Shown here: positions 1 to 9,607 of the stretch, piece after piece | Layout of the letters: each line of letters starts with the position of its first letter | Position numbering within the stretch: position 1 is the first letter of the stretch | Origin: a virus | Virus genome (UHGV): UHGV-0308106 | DNA length: 55,105 nt | Direction: 5' to 3' (one strand) | Notes under the pieces: model-generated | Databases searched by the model: none | Seen by the model: the letters and a program-made list of their open reading frames with translations, nothing else | Told to the model about the DNA's origin: nothing | Made by a program: the position numbers and the translations under genes

Positions 1-459
1 TGATACCTCTGTAACCACAATTTTGTTTAATTATCTCAACGTGCACATTTTCTGAACATACATGCGGCACGTGAATGTGTTAAACAATAGTAGATGACTT
101 TATCCGCAGTAATCAAAGGTTTTGAGTGAGCAACTCTGCGTCAGGAAAGGGCATTTTTCCTGAATATGCTCACATCATATAAAGAAATACAGATAAAGTT
201 ATTATCTGCTTGTGGGGGTGAATGCACTGACCGACCTATAAGGAAAGGCCAAACAAGAACACGGTTGCAAAAACCGTGCCCTTAAATATTGAATCTCTAT
301 TCAGAACACTTTCTTAAATTGTCATTTGGCATATTACGAACAATTCCGCGTAAAAACGTTCTGTTACGCTAAACCCTTATCCAGCAGGCTTTCAAGGATG
401 TAAACCATAACACTCTGCGAACTAGTGTTACATTGCGTGTAGCTTTGAGTGGGCAACTT

Positions 460-498
460 TGTGTACACTTTTGTGTACCCAAAAACAAAAATGTGTAC
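460..498. repeat. Three direct TGTGTAC repeats upstream of the integrase start; candidate arm-type Int binding sites
   Basis: TGTGTAC read at 460-466, 472-478 and 492-498. Confidence 0.4.
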
Positions 499-505
499 CC
501 ATTCA

Positions 506-1699
506 ATGATCACCGACACAAAGCTCAGGAAGGCGCTCGGCAAGAAAAGAGATGATATCGAGATTATTTCTGATTCGCACGGGCTCAACGCCAGAATCAG
601 CCAGGCCGGAAAAATATCATTTTTCTATCGGTATCGCTGGGCCGGTAAAGCGGTAAAACTCAATGTTGGTGATTATCCTGCAATGAGTATCACCCAGGCA
701 AGAGAGCGTCGCCAACAATTCAGAAACTGGTTAACTGAGGGACTGGATCCGCGAGAGCAGGTGAAGCTGGATAAGCAGACCCGACAGGAAGCGATGTCCG
801 TTGCCGAAGCGTTCAATTACTGGATTGAAAGGCACTGTATCGCTAACGGGCTAGTTAAAGTCGATTACTATCGCCAGGTGTTTGAGAAACATATCGCCGA
901 ACCGATGAAGAATGTCAAAGTCGATAACACAGCGAAAATGCACTGGATCAACGTCTTCGATTCTATAGAAAGCAGGGTGATGGCTCATTACATGCTTTCG
1001 CTGTGCAAACGGGCGTTTAGGTTCTGCGTTAACAGAAGTGTGATCGCCTCAAACCCACTCGAGGGATTACTGCCATCTGATGTCGGGCAAAAGCCTAAAA
1101 AGAGAACTCGCAGGATGGACGATGACGATCTGCGCAAAATCTATCAGTGGTTGAAAAGCCATATGTCGATAGAGTCCGTTTTCCTGGTGAAATTTATTAT
1201 GCTTACCGGATGCCGTACGGCTGAGATTCGACTTAGTGAGAGATCATGGTTTCGATTGGATGATAATGAGTGGGTCGTGCCTGCGGGCAGTTATAAAACT
1301 CGGGTACATATTAGAAGGGGACTCTCAGACGCCGCCGTTAACCTGGTCAGAAATCACCTCAAGAAAATAAACACCAATCACCTGGTGACTTCACAACGTA
1401 AAATTGATGGCGGGATCAAAGATTCGCCCGTTCATTCACCTGTGGCATCCAATTACGCCCGTTCTATTTGGAATGGAACAGGTATGGCAGAGTGGTCGCT
1501 TCATGATATGAGGCGGACGATAGCCACAAATCTCTCTGAGTTAGGTTGCCCGCCGCACGTAATTGAAAAGCTGCTCGGGCATCAGATGGTGGGGGTTATG
1601 GCGCATTACAACCTTCATGACTATATCGATGATCAGAAACACTGGCTCCGCGTTTGGCAGAGCCATCTTGAAGAGATCATCGGAGAGCCCTTCAGTTAA
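506..1699 (+). CDS. int: Tyrosine integrase, P4-type (DUF4102-like N-terminus plus catalytic domain)
   Basis: N-terminus reads [23 protein letters not shown]-terminus reads HDMRRT...[12 protein letters not shown] (R..HxxR..Y). I prefer the ATG at 506 because the 449 extension overlaps the TGTGTAC repeats. Confidence 0.9.
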
Positions 1700-1938
1700 T
1701 TTATCTTCTTTTTATCCTCCCACTCTTTGATTGACTCAGAGCGCCAGCGGTTAGGGTTGCCGGGCCAGTCAGGGGGTGGGAACGGGCATACGAAGCCCCG
1801 AGGCATTGTGTCTGCACTTTGCCATGACCAAAGGGTTTTGCGTGAAATTTTGTAGCGACTGGTCAGGTCTGACGTTACCAAAATATCATCCATAGCTCTC
1901 TCCAGTTGCCCGTTCGGGCCATTCAAAATCTTTTTCAA
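1696..1938 (-). CDS. AlpA/Xis-like small HTH DNA-binding protein (probable excisionase)
   Basis: 80 aa with the motif [10 protein letters not shown]...[10 protein letters not shown]. It converges on int, and the two stops overlap at a TTAA. Confidence 0.7.
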
Positions 1939-2177
1939 CCAACCTGCCCGGGCAGGGAGCGGAGACGGCGCATGCCGGTCATCGCTGTGGCCACGTAGCT
2001 CGCCTTTCGGTTCACCACCTCCACCCAGACTTTCACGCCTTCAACCTTCACCGTATAAGTCTCTTTCATCTTGCTTCGCCCATAGTCGCCATATGTTTGC
2101 AAGTGAGCTGCCAGCGCGATGTCGCATGCTTGGCGAGCTAAAGGTGATTGCTTACTTCCTCGATTGATCAGTCGCAT
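1935..2177 (-). CDS. Hypothetical early-left protein
   Basis: 80-aa ORF whose stop overlaps the xis start (translational coupling). No family recognised. Confidence 0.6.
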   Translation of the reverse strand: MRLINRGSKQSPLARQACDIALAAHLQTYGDYGRSKMKETYTVKVEGVKVWVEVVNRKASYVATAMTGMRRLRSLPGQVG

Positions 2178-2215
2178 ATAATCTCCTTGAGGGAGGGTTA
2201 CCCCTCCCGGTTTCG

Positions 2216-3334
2216 TCAGGCCACGTATTCCGGTTTCATATCCGCCAGGGTGATGCTGAATTGATCGTGCAGTTCATCGCCTAAGTGACGCTTTGAAGAT
2301 GCAAGCATGCGCTCGGCTTCAGCGAACCGTTCGGCTGCATGCGGCTCGTCGGGCTGGGGCAGGGATTTAATAGCCTCCTCAACCTTGTTGCGTGCATCCA
2401 CTAGGTAATAACGCTTTACGGCTTTGTTTTTCAGCTCGGTGAATAGTGCGGATCCCAGCGTAGCTTTCGCCGTTTCAATGTCGGCACGCAGCGATTTGGC
2501 GCTATCCACGTCCTGAGCAGATTCGATGCGTTCGCGGAAATCATCGGCAAGAGAGTCGACATTTACCGACGATTCCTGTGCGCTTTGCGTGGTTGTGACG
2601 GTGTCACCTGAGATATCAGCCAGGCTAACGCGTTGCGGCGTTGGGTTGATCTCTTTTTCTGTGCGCTGTTCAATCTCATCAGGGGTGTACACACCAAGAA
2701 CAACTGCAGGGCAATACAGGCGCGCCCAGTATTTGAGTGCCAGATAAGCGATCTGCTGTTTCGGGTTTGATACCCAAAGTGGAGAATTACGTGTGATTAC
2801 GCTGGAGAGGAAAACAGGCTCTCCCCAGGTGATATCACTTTCACCGCGAATAACGGCACCTACCCGTACCGACAGTCCTTGTTCATCAGCACTTTCCCAA
2901 CCGCGTACCATTTCTTTCTTGTCGTACGTCCCGCCACCTTTCGCAGGCTTTTTAACGGTTATCTCGCGGCTGCTGGCACATTTCGACCAGTCGCCCTCGT
3001 ACTCATAGTGAAAGCGGCCAACGATGGCGTTTGAGCTGGAGATCACCGCATTAACCAGTTGCGCTTCGTATCCCAGGACACCGTTAACCAGGTGCGTCTT
3101 TTGCGCCACGGCGTAAGGGTTCATACCCCACTGCATCGCCTGCATGATGATGGCCATGCAGTCTGCCGGATTGCCGCGGAGGTGCTCAGGCACCGTTACG
3201 GCTGCCTGTGCCATCAACCCGGCGACAGACTGAAGCTGGGTTAAAGCCTGCACGTTGAAAATGGCATTGCTGGCTGAGATCGTGTTTGGAGTCTGCTGTT
3301 CAGCGGTTACGATATTCGTGTTTTCCATCATCAT
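2216..3334 (-). CDS. recT: RecT/Red-beta superfamily single-strand annealing protein
   Basis: Motifs MQAMQWGMNPY..GVLGYEAQL and SPLW..NPKQQIAYLALKYWARLY..GVYTPDE resemble the Bet/RecT core. It lies directly downstream of the exonuclease gene. Confidence 0.8.
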   Translation of the reverse strand: MMMENTNIVTAEQQTPNTISASNAIFNVQALTQLQSVAGLMAQAAVTVPEHLRGNPADCMAIIMQAMQWGMNPYAVAQKTHLVNGVLGYEAQLVNAVISSSNAIVGRFHYEYEGDWSKCASSREITVKKPAKGGGTYDKKEMVRGWESADEQGLSVRVGAVIRGESDITWGEPVFLSSVITRNSPLWVSNPKQQIAYLALKYWARLYCPAVVLGVYTPDEIEQRTEKEINPTPQRVSLADISGDTVTTTQSAQESSVNVDSLADDFRERIESAQDVDSAKSLRADIETAKATLGSALFTELKNKAVKRYYLVDARNKVEEAIKSLPQPDEPHAAERFAEAERMLASSKRHLGDELHDQFSITLADMKPEYVA

Positions 3335-3339
3335 TCCCC

Positions 3340-6300
3340 TTATGCCTGAGTACGCAGCGCTTCAAGGCGGCGCAGGTCGAAGTCGTTCAGTTCGTCGGTG
3401 TAGTCAGCAGTGATTGGCGCTGGCCATTCACCTGTGTCGAATCCGGTTGCGATATTGCGCATCGCTTTGCGGTACTCGAGCATACCCAGCTCCAGTAGTT
3501 CAGCGGATGCCTCGATGATGGCGATCCAGTGGTAGTTCTCGTCTTTGTTGACGAAAATCCAGAAGAACTGATCCAGCGCTGCGGTTTCGCAGTACATAGC
3601 CGCGCTCAGGTGATAATCACGTTCAATAATTTCCCGGTGTAGCCTGGCGCGCAGGCTTTCCTGCTTAACATTCCACATGCTGATGGTTTTCAGGTCAGCA
3701 CCGATACGCACGCCGTCTAGGTCGATCTCAAGATCAGGGCGCACACGAACTTCCAGTCCCGTCTCCTCGTCAAAGCCAAAGTAGCTCACCTCAACGGCGC
3801 GGCTCGGGTGGGTTAGCAGCATGCCTGCGGTCGGGTGTGCCAGAAGCGCTTTTTGAATATTCAGCGCGGTGCTCAGCTGCTGGCGGGTGACCAGCACTTT
3901 TCCTTCCGGGTTATCGCGCCAGGCATCCAGCAGTTCGTCGGCAAATACGGCATCTGGTTTGACTGCCTTCACGGCCTGGATCATGTCTGCTTTGGTACCG
4001 GACACTTTCAGTGGTGCCGGTTTCTGTGCTTCCTGAGCCACAAGGTCAGGGTTGATGATTGCCAACTGCTCCAGCAGCGCGTCACGGCTGCCGCTGGTTT
4101 TAACCGGCGGCGGCAGGGTGGCGTTGTACTCTTTAATGCATGCCTTCATTGCCGTCGCCGTCTGCTTCTGGTCACCATCAATACGCTGGAAGTCAGCTGG
4201 CAGCGCCATATAGTTCTGTGCCGTTTCTTCCAGGTTAGCGCCAAGCGGAACCTGCGGCGGCAGGGTGGCGTTGTACTCTTCCAGTAACACCTTGATGTCG
4301 TCGGCAGACAGCAGCGCCGGCAGGCTGGCATTGTGCTCATCGATAAAGGCGCGCAGGGTCGCGGCCGTTGTGAATGCGCCTTCAGGGATCACCGGTTCAA
4401 CGCTGAATTCTGCGTCCAGTAGTTCAGGCTGCAACGCCAGCGCATGCACCAAGTTGCCCATGTCCAGCACCGCTGAGCGCTCTTTGACGATGGTTTTCTC
4501 TACGTGGCGCGCATTGAAGTACATCAGCGAAACGCGCGCATCTTTCACCTGGGTTGAGCTGATGCCGTTGGCGGCGTGGTAAACCTCGTTTGGCAGCCCT
4601 TCATAGCGGCCTGGCTCGAAATAAGCGGGATAAACAACAGCTGGTTCGTCAGATTGCGCTTCTGGCTCGGTTTGTGCTGCAACTGGTTCGGTTTGGCTTA
4701 CAGAATCGCTATTTTTGGCGACAGAATCCGTATTCTGGTTTACATCGTCCTTCTGGCTGGTATCTGACTCTTCACCAGACTCCAGACTGCTTTCGCCTGG
4801 CTGTACTTCATCACCAACATTTTTTTCATCACTGACAGTTTCTTGAACCTGCACATTGCTGGTGGTTTCCGTAGCCTGTTTCGTGCCATGAGTTGCTGAG
4901 TTCTGCAGTAAAGCCGTAACATCGAATATTCCGTTGCCGACATTTTTAACCAGTTCTTGTTCGGCTTTATGTGGTTGTGCTGTCGCTTCCTCTGCGCGGC
5001 GGCGTGCTTCTTCTTCACGTACGCGTTGCAGGTTCTCTTCGTGAGTGCAGAAGGATTTGCGCGGAGACTCCTTACCTTCAGGTTGGGGAATTTCCTGTGC
5101 TGCGGGTTCAGCCTCATGCAACGGCAATAACTCGACCGCGGAATTGAACGCGGCTGTCATGGTCTGGTTAACAAATTCCAGGTGAGCGACAGGAGTTAAA
5201 TGAATATTTTCCGGTGCGATACGTACCAGGTTAAAAATAGCCGTGCGGTTAACACCCAGAACGCCTGGCTGATTGCGCAGGATGTTGCTCCATGATTTCC
5301 ATGGTTCTTCTTTTTTGGTCACGATTTCTTTAGCGCGACGAAGAATGCTGCCCGGGATCTCGAAGTGGTTGAAGTCCATAGGCAGAAGGGCACATGCAAT
5401 CTCTAAATCGAGAGTGTCAAGGGTATGGTATGTATCAGGTCCACGGTCAGTGACGTAACCGCCGTTGGCATTGGTTCCGGAATCAGTACGCTGCACACTA
5501 CTGATGCGATTACCGGCGGCCCATTCGCGAACAAGGATACCGCGGTCGATGTGATCTGTAGCGAACCACAATTTCAAAAACTGGATTAAGGTTGCGAGTT
5601 CAGGGATTTTTCCATCGACAGGGAAGACTTTCTTAACGGCATTCACGACTTTATGAATATCGTGCTCAATGGCTTTTTTGAATGCTTCCACATTCTCAGC
5701 TGCCAGCAGCAGGTTCTGGACGTACGCGTCATCGGTGTCCATCTCAAGGCGGACAATCTCATTTTTCTGCCCTGCGTCGATGTGATAGAGATATTCACCA
5801 TCACCGATGAACTGAGCCAGTACGCGCTGGCGGAATGGCAGGGTGGCAACAACGATCAGGTTCGGTTGCTGTGTCTGCTGGGATTGCTCTTCGGTATCGA
5901 CTTCACCATCAACGACGCCACCTTCTGCCCGGCCGTTCTCGTCGGTCTGGATACCGTCCTCAACAGTGAGATCTTGACCAGTTGTAACGTCAGCAGCGTT
6001 GCTGGTTTCAGTTTTGAGCAACTGCAACTTACCACTGCGCCAGTCTTCTACCAGTTGATTGCGGTCACCGGCATCGGTGTTCACCCAGTCAGACATGAAT
6101 GCAGCGATCAATCTTGGTTCGTGCTCTTCGTCTGGTGTGAAAATGTCCTTAACCGCCCGAATCATTTTCCACTCAGCATTCAGGCTGAGTTTGGCGGTCG
6201 CGGGCACATCGTTCCTTGCCACAAGCAGGCTATGGAGATATGTATTGCCTTCATCCAGTGACATTTCGCTGGCAGCCAACTGCTGCTCTTTAGTGACGTG

Positions 6301-6729
6301 GGTTTGGTATTTATCGTTCATCAGATGGACGGCAAAGCGGACCGCTGGAGTACGGTTTTCAACCGGGACAATTTCGGACGCAGTCGCATCTTCAACGATT
6401 ACGGTCGGAGTAGGTGTGTAGGGGGCGTCAACGGAACCAGTAGACACACCAGCGGCTTTTGGCAGCCAGGTGCGCCCATCGTCCTGAAGCTCGTAGCGAT
6501 CACACCAGGTAAAATCAACTTCACCTTCTTTCGGCAGACCGTCGACAACTGGGAAATCAGTGCGAATCGGTTTGGCGTAGTCCTTACCCCGACCTGTTTC
6601 GATACCTGCATCTTCCAGCGCAACATCCAGCATCAGATTGGCGCGAGCCTCGGTTTTAGCAGTGAACCAGACCACTGCATCTTGCTTTCCGGATTTCTGA
6701 GTGGCTTTAACCACATTAAAGAATTCCAT
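3340..6729 (-). CDS. recE: RecE-like exonuclease VIII: C-terminal PD-(D/E)XK nuclease with a long acidic N-terminal extension
   Basis: 1129 aa. The C-terminus reads VRVRPDLEIDLDG..ADLKT...YHLSAAMY. Paired with recT as in Rac. Confidence 0.8.
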   Translation of the reverse strand: MEFFNVVKATQKSGKQDAVVWFTAKTEARANLMLDVALEDAGIETGRGKDYAKPIRTDFPVVDGLPKEGEVDFTWCDRYELQDDGRTWLPKAAGVSTGSVDAPYTPTPTVIVEDATASEIVPVENRTPAVRFAVHLMNDKYQTHVTKEQQLAASEMSLDEGNTYLHSLLVARNDVPATAKLSLNAEWKMIRAVKDIFTPDEEHEPRLIAAFMSDWVNTDAGDRNQLVEDWRSGKLQLLKTETSNAADVTTGQDLTVEDGIQTDENGRAEGGVVDGEVDTEEQSQQTQQPNLIVVATLPFRQRVLAQFIGDGEYLYHIDAGQKNEIVRLEMDTDDAYVQNLLLAAENVEAFKKAIEHDIHKVVNAVKKVFPVDGKIPELATLIQFLKLWFATDHIDRGILVREWAAGNRISSVQRTDSGTNANGGYVTDRGPDTYHTLDTLDLEIACALLPMDFNHFEIPGSILRRAKEIVTKKEEPWKSWSNILRNQPGVLGVNRTAIFNLVRIAPENIHLTPVAHLEFVNQTMTAAFNSAVELLPLHEAEPAAQEIPQPEGKESPRKSFCTHEENLQRVREEEARRRAEEATAQPHKAEQELVKNVGNGIFDVTALLQNSATHGTKQATETTSNVQVQETVSDEKNVGDEVQPGESSLESGEESDTSQKDDVNQNTDSVAKNSDSVSQTEPVAAQTEPEAQSDEPAVVYPAYFEPGRYEGLPNEVYHAANGISSTQVKDARVSLMYFNARHVEKTIVKERSAVLDMGNLVHALALQPELLDAEFSVEPVIPEGAFTTAATLRAFIDEHNASLPALLSADDIKVLLEEYNATLPPQVPLGANLEETAQNYMALPADFQRIDGDQKQTATAMKACIKEYNATLPPPVKTSGSRDALLEQLAIINPDLVAQEAQKPAPLKVSGTKADMIQAVKAVKPDAVFADELLDAWRDNPEGKVLVTRQQLSTALNIQKALLAHPTAGMLLTHPSRAVEVSYFGFDEETGLEVRVRPDLEIDLDGVRIGADLKTISMWNVKQESLRARLHREIIERDYHLSAAMYCETAALDQFFWIFVNKDENYHWIAIIEASAELLELGMLEYRKAMRNIATGFDTGEWPAPITADYTDELNDFDLRRLEALRTQA

Positions 6730-6868
6730 GTGAGATCCTCATTTTTGGGTGTTAGAATCCCCGGACCATTGATAGCGCCCATTGGGTTAACTTTGGTTTT
6801 AATGTTGTTTCCGGTGTAACTTTGGTCGGTACCACCGGACGTAGATCCCGCCTTGCGCGGGTTTTACG

Positions 6869-7030
6869 TTAGCCTTCGTGAGCCATCTGGTCGTGCGAAG
6901 CGCAACGTTTGGAGCAATACTCTTTTTCTTTGCGCGCCAGCTGTGAGCCGTTGCGATAGAGAAGGGTGCTCTTGATTACTTCCTCCGTTTTAACCGGCTT
7001 GCCGCAATATCCGCATTTCTTGTCTAACAT
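6869..7030 (-). CDS. Small zinc-ribbon protein (YdaE-like position)
   Basis: Hand-translated 53 aa: MLDKKCGYCGKPV...YCSKRCASHDQMAHEG, with CxxC...CxxxC. It is below the ORF-track length cutoff. Confidence 0.6.
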   Translation of the reverse strand: MLDKKCGYCGKPVKTEEVIKSTLLYRNGSQLARKEKEYCSKRCASHDQMAHEG

Positions 7031-7041
7031 GACATCCTCCG

Positions 7042-7248
7042 CTAGTGGCTGAGTCCATGCCCCAGACCGTTCAGATAAACTTCAACCAGCAAATCCTTGG
7101 TGTAAGTCATTTCTACGCCGCGATGCAGATACAAACGTCCGCGAGCGTTAGCTGATGCCGTCCAGGTTGAGTCTTTGTGTTTGACGAGCATCCCCGGCTG
7201 AACTGCGCCGCGGTTTACTGTCTGTGTACCGTAGTGCTGATGAACCAT
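7042..7248 (-). CDS. KilR-like cell-division inhibitor (Rac kil family)
   Basis: MVHQHYGTQTVNRGAVQPGMLVKH..TASAN..LYL matches my recollection of Rac KilR (MIAHHFGT..PGDYVLH..ASAN..LYI). A GGAG lies before the ATG at 7248. Confidence 0.6.
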   Translation of the reverse strand: MVHQHYGTQTVNRGAVQPGMLVKHKDSTWTASANARGRLYLHRGVEMTYTKDLLVEVYLNGLGHGLSH

Positions 7249-7501
7249 GATGTTCTCCAGTTTTTCTGAGTGAACTTCGCTGGTGGTGCCGCGGCGCTGA
7301 TCTTCACGGTTGAGCGTTTTAACTCTGCAATTCACCACCGCGAAGCTCACTCTGTGCTTTGCCCTTGTCGCCAGGCTGGCGGAACGTTTCAAACCTACTG
7401 CGCGTTAATCTCACCACCTCATTCCGGTCTTCGTATGCCCCGGACGGCTTCTTCGTGGGCGTCCTGCTTTGGTGGTTGTGTTGATGGAGTAATTAAACAC
7501 A

Positions 7502-7540
7502 ATGTTTATTTGCGTGTCAACATAATGAGTGTTTTTATAT
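7502..7540 (-). promoter_or_regulatory. PL-like early-left promoter with operator motifs
   Basis: The minus strand reads TTGACA (7525-7530), a 17-nt spacer, then TTTAAT (7502-7507). CATAATG/ACAATGT motifs shared with the PR region overlap it. Confidence 0.6.
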
Positions 7541-7632
7541 AAACAAAAAGTTTAGTTGGTTGCGCTCGTTGGCACGAGTAGTATGTTTTATGGTCTATTT
7601 TGTGGTTATAAAAAAATCGATGAGGGTGAGTT

Positions 7633-7839
7633 ATGGATCGTGACGAACTGGAAGAAGACCGCGCAGCGTTTATTGCGGGGGAGATTGGTGGCGCAGTTGT
7701 CAGTCTGATAGCTAACGGGATTGTGATCAGCCGCGATGCGATTGTGGATAGTCTAGAGGCTAAGCGCAGGGTAGTGGGAAACGTCATTCACAAGTGGGTA
7801 TTGCGGGATGCGGTTGCTATGGTGAGAAAAGGGCAATAA
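7633..7839 (+). CDS. Hypothetical 68-aa protein
   Basis: A GAGGGTGA ribosome-binding site precedes the ATG. The ORF ends at a bidirectional terminator. Confidence 0.6.
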   Translation: MDRDELEEDRAAFIAGEIGGAVVSLIANGIVISRDAIVDSLEAKRRVVGNVIHKWVLRDAVAMVRKGQ

Positions 7840-7868
7840 AAAACCCAGTTCGGTAACTGGGTTATTGC
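7833..7868. terminator. Bidirectional rho-independent terminator
   Basis: AACCCAGTT-cggt-AACTGGGTT hairpin flanked by an A-run and a T-rich tract, between convergent genes. Confidence 0.7.
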
Positions 7869-7869
7869 T

Positions 7870-8295
7870 TTATTCAACAGATGATGGGGGGGTCGGTGCT
7901 TTCTTAAAGATCGACCACTGAGAAATGTAGGTCAGCAACCTTGAGCTTAACTCGAGTTCTTTTCGTAATATTTCGTCATAACGTTTTTTTGCTGCTTGCA
8001 TGGTCGCATCACTAGCGTGATTGTCATCCATAATGATCTTTAGCCTTTTCTTTTCTCGGCTTGAGCATATTGTAAATAACAGACCTGTAAATGACATTCC
8101 ACCAAAATCCTTTAACGTTTTGATTACAAAAAGAAGAATCAAAGACAGAAAAGGAACAGATCTGTAGGCCCAATCACGAAACTCACCGTCAGGAAAGAAG
8201 ATAGGAATAGCATCTGTAGCATAACCACATATGAGGGAGACAATTAGAAAAGGTAGTCCATTTTTAGCTACATTTTTAACGTTATCGTTAGCCAT
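7870..8295 (-). CDS. Membrane protein (about 3 TM helices plus a C-terminal charged helix); third gene of the repressor-linked cassette
   Basis: Hydrophobic segments LPFLIVSLICGY, VPFLSLILLFVI and FTGLLFTI. Either the ATG at 8295 (preferred) or the one at 8328 could be the start. AT-rich. Confidence 0.7.
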   Translation of the reverse strand: MANDNVKNVAKNGLPFLIVSLICGYATDAIPIFFPDGEFRDWAYRSVPFLSLILLFVIKTLKDFGGMSFTGLLFTICSSREKKRLKIIMDDNHASDATMQAAKKRYDEILRKELELSSRLLTYISQWSIFKKAPTPPSSVE

Positions 8296-8671
8296 GATTT
8301 TTTCCCGAGAACGATTTCGAGTCAACATGTAACTTTTGTGTTTTGACTACATAATACGCAAATCCAATCTTAACTAACCAATAAGCTACTGGTATGAGTG
8401 CTGCGTAAAGAGGGATATAGTACATAACCTTACCTCCTGTTAACCACACTATAACACCTAGCATCACTATTAGCGCGACAGAAAATGCTTTCAGCCCAAC
8501 ACAGCTATCAGGATGTGAAACACTGTTCCTTAGCAACAATATCCTGGATTCATCAAGTGTGTAAGGAATATCGCCAACATGATTTTCGATTTTTGGGAAG
8601 GTCTCAAATACTTCAACCCGATCAATCGAAATAATTGAGCTTGATTGATGATCTAAGCAAACTGCAGCCAC
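8288..8671 (-). CDS. Membrane protein (soluble N-terminal domain plus 2 TM helices); second gene of the cassette
   Basis: GTG start 2 nt after the upstream stop. TM segments are AFSVALIVMLGVIVWL and IPLYAALIPVAYWLV. Confidence 0.7.
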   Translation of the reverse strand: MAAVCLDHQSSSIISIDRVEVFETFPKIENHVGDIPYTLDESRILLLRNSVSHPDSCVGLKAFSVALIVMLGVIVWLTGGKVMYYIPLYAALIPVAYWLVKIGFAYYVVKTQKLHVDSKSFSGKNHG

Positions 8672-8673
8672 TG

Positions 8674-8997
8674 TTATCCCTCTCGAACCTTTAGTGATAC
8701 TCGGTTAGCAGCAAATGTGGCAATGAAACCACATTCTACACATATAACAGGGAATGCCCATATACCTCGGCCAGCTGAATGAGGTAGAGGAAGGGTAATT
8801 ATTGCAGGATAGTCTTGACTATCTTCTCGTGGAGGAACTCCCCAAAGCGTATGCTTACAAAGCGGACAGGCCATCTCGCCATGTTTTTCTTCGAGGCGTT
8901 GAAAATAATCTCGAAATTCTTGTCTTGATATTGATAGCGTCAATGCTGTTGTATTGACACTTTCCTGACTTTTTTCTTCTTCAACCTGTTCGCCCAT
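8674..8997 (-). CDS. Zinc-ribbon protein (CPLC...CVEC); first gene of the cassette
   Basis: Two CxxC pairs. ATG at 8997; the ORF track begins at an upstream TTG at 9009. Confidence 0.65.
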   Translation of the reverse strand: MGEQVEEEKSQESVNTTALTLSISRQEFRDYFQRLEEKHGEMACPLCKHTLWGVPPREDSQDYPAIITLPLPHSAGRGIWAFPVICVECGFIATFAANRVSLKVREG

Positions 8998-9108
8998 CTC
9001 AGCTCTCAATATAATGATAATTAACTGGTAAGTGAATTTTGCATATCGTTAAGATGTATCCCATTGGTACAGAAACATCTGAGGGGTAAGTAGCTTTTAA
9101 CTACCGTG

Positions 9109-9504
9109 CTACTCACCATCCCCCTTAATCCGCCGTCCCATGTACTTGGCGTACAGTTCATCGAGTTCTTTCAACCGTAGAGATACGATCCGCAACATGT
9201 TCTGTTGTTCTTCTTCGTTTGGGAGTTGATTATAGAGTTCCAACAGTCTCCGTTCGTCGTGTCTCAAACCGTCCTTAGCATCCACGTCCTGACCTAGAAC
9301 CCACTCAAGACTTACGCCTAGCGCATCGGCAAGTTTTATTGCTGAGCTTTTTCCTATCGCTCCTCTGACAAACCAGTTGTTGACTGATTGTGCGCTCACA
9401 CCACAGATTCTCGCTATATCCGCTTTGGATATGCGCTTCTTCTCGATGATTTCATTTAACCGCCGAACCTGCGGGTTATCTGTTTGGTGTGTGTTTTTTC
9501 TCAT
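9109..9504 (-). CDS. XRE-family HTH prophage repressor (CI/RacR functional analog, no S24 peptidase domain)
   Basis: HTH reads ISKADIARICGVSAQSVNNWF. Divergent from the cro-like gene across an operator region. No SD sequence before the ATG. Confidence 0.85.
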   Translation of the reverse strand: MRKNTHQTDNPQVRRLNEIIEKKRISKADIARICGVSAQSVNNWFVRGAIGKSSAIKLADALGVSLEWVLGQDVDAKDGLRHDERRLLELYNQLPNEEEQQNMLRIVSLRLKELDELYAKYMGRRIKGDGE

Positions 9505-9538
9505 ATATCAAGATTCTAAACTAAAAGTTTATCGCCTC

Positions 9539-9580
9539 AACATTCATAATGTTGACTTGAACATAAACATAATGTTTAAT
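9539..9580 (+). promoter_or_regulatory. OR/PR region: PR promoter and palindromic operators
   Basis: TTGACT (9552-9557), a 17-nt spacer, then TTTAAT (9575-9580). Palindromes AACATTCATAATGTT (9539-9553) and AAACATAATGTTT (9565-9577). Confidence 0.65.
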
Positions 9581-9607
9581 TTGGTTCGTTATTACTTGGA
9601 GCCAAAT

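Noticed and set aside
1-448. Searched the left flank for a tRNA or tmRNA 3' end as the att target of the P4-type integrase
   Set aside because: I could fold no cloverleaf-compatible or T-arm-like sequence by eye. Only two short hairpins were seen (141-161 and 260-278). The att core cannot be defined without the right prophage end.
449-505. Upstream extension of the integrase ORF
   Set aside because: The extension overlaps the three TGTGTAC repeats. Homologous integrases start near the [10 protein letters not shown]-type N-terminus.
3835-6819. Numerous plus-strand ORFs (60-202 aa) inside the recE-like gene
   Set aside because: They are antisense to a long ORF with a clear nuclease domain, and nothing supports them.
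6840-6866. CCCGC-cttgc-GCGGG hairpin followed by TTTTA, considered as a terminator within the early-left operon
   Set aside because: The T-run is on the plus strand, but transcription here runs on the minus strand, where the hairpin has no U-tract. Its function is unclear.
9377-9607. Long N-terminal extension of the cro-like ORF
   Set aside because: It would run through the repressor coding sequence and the operator region. The ATG at 9608 sits correctly downstream of PR.
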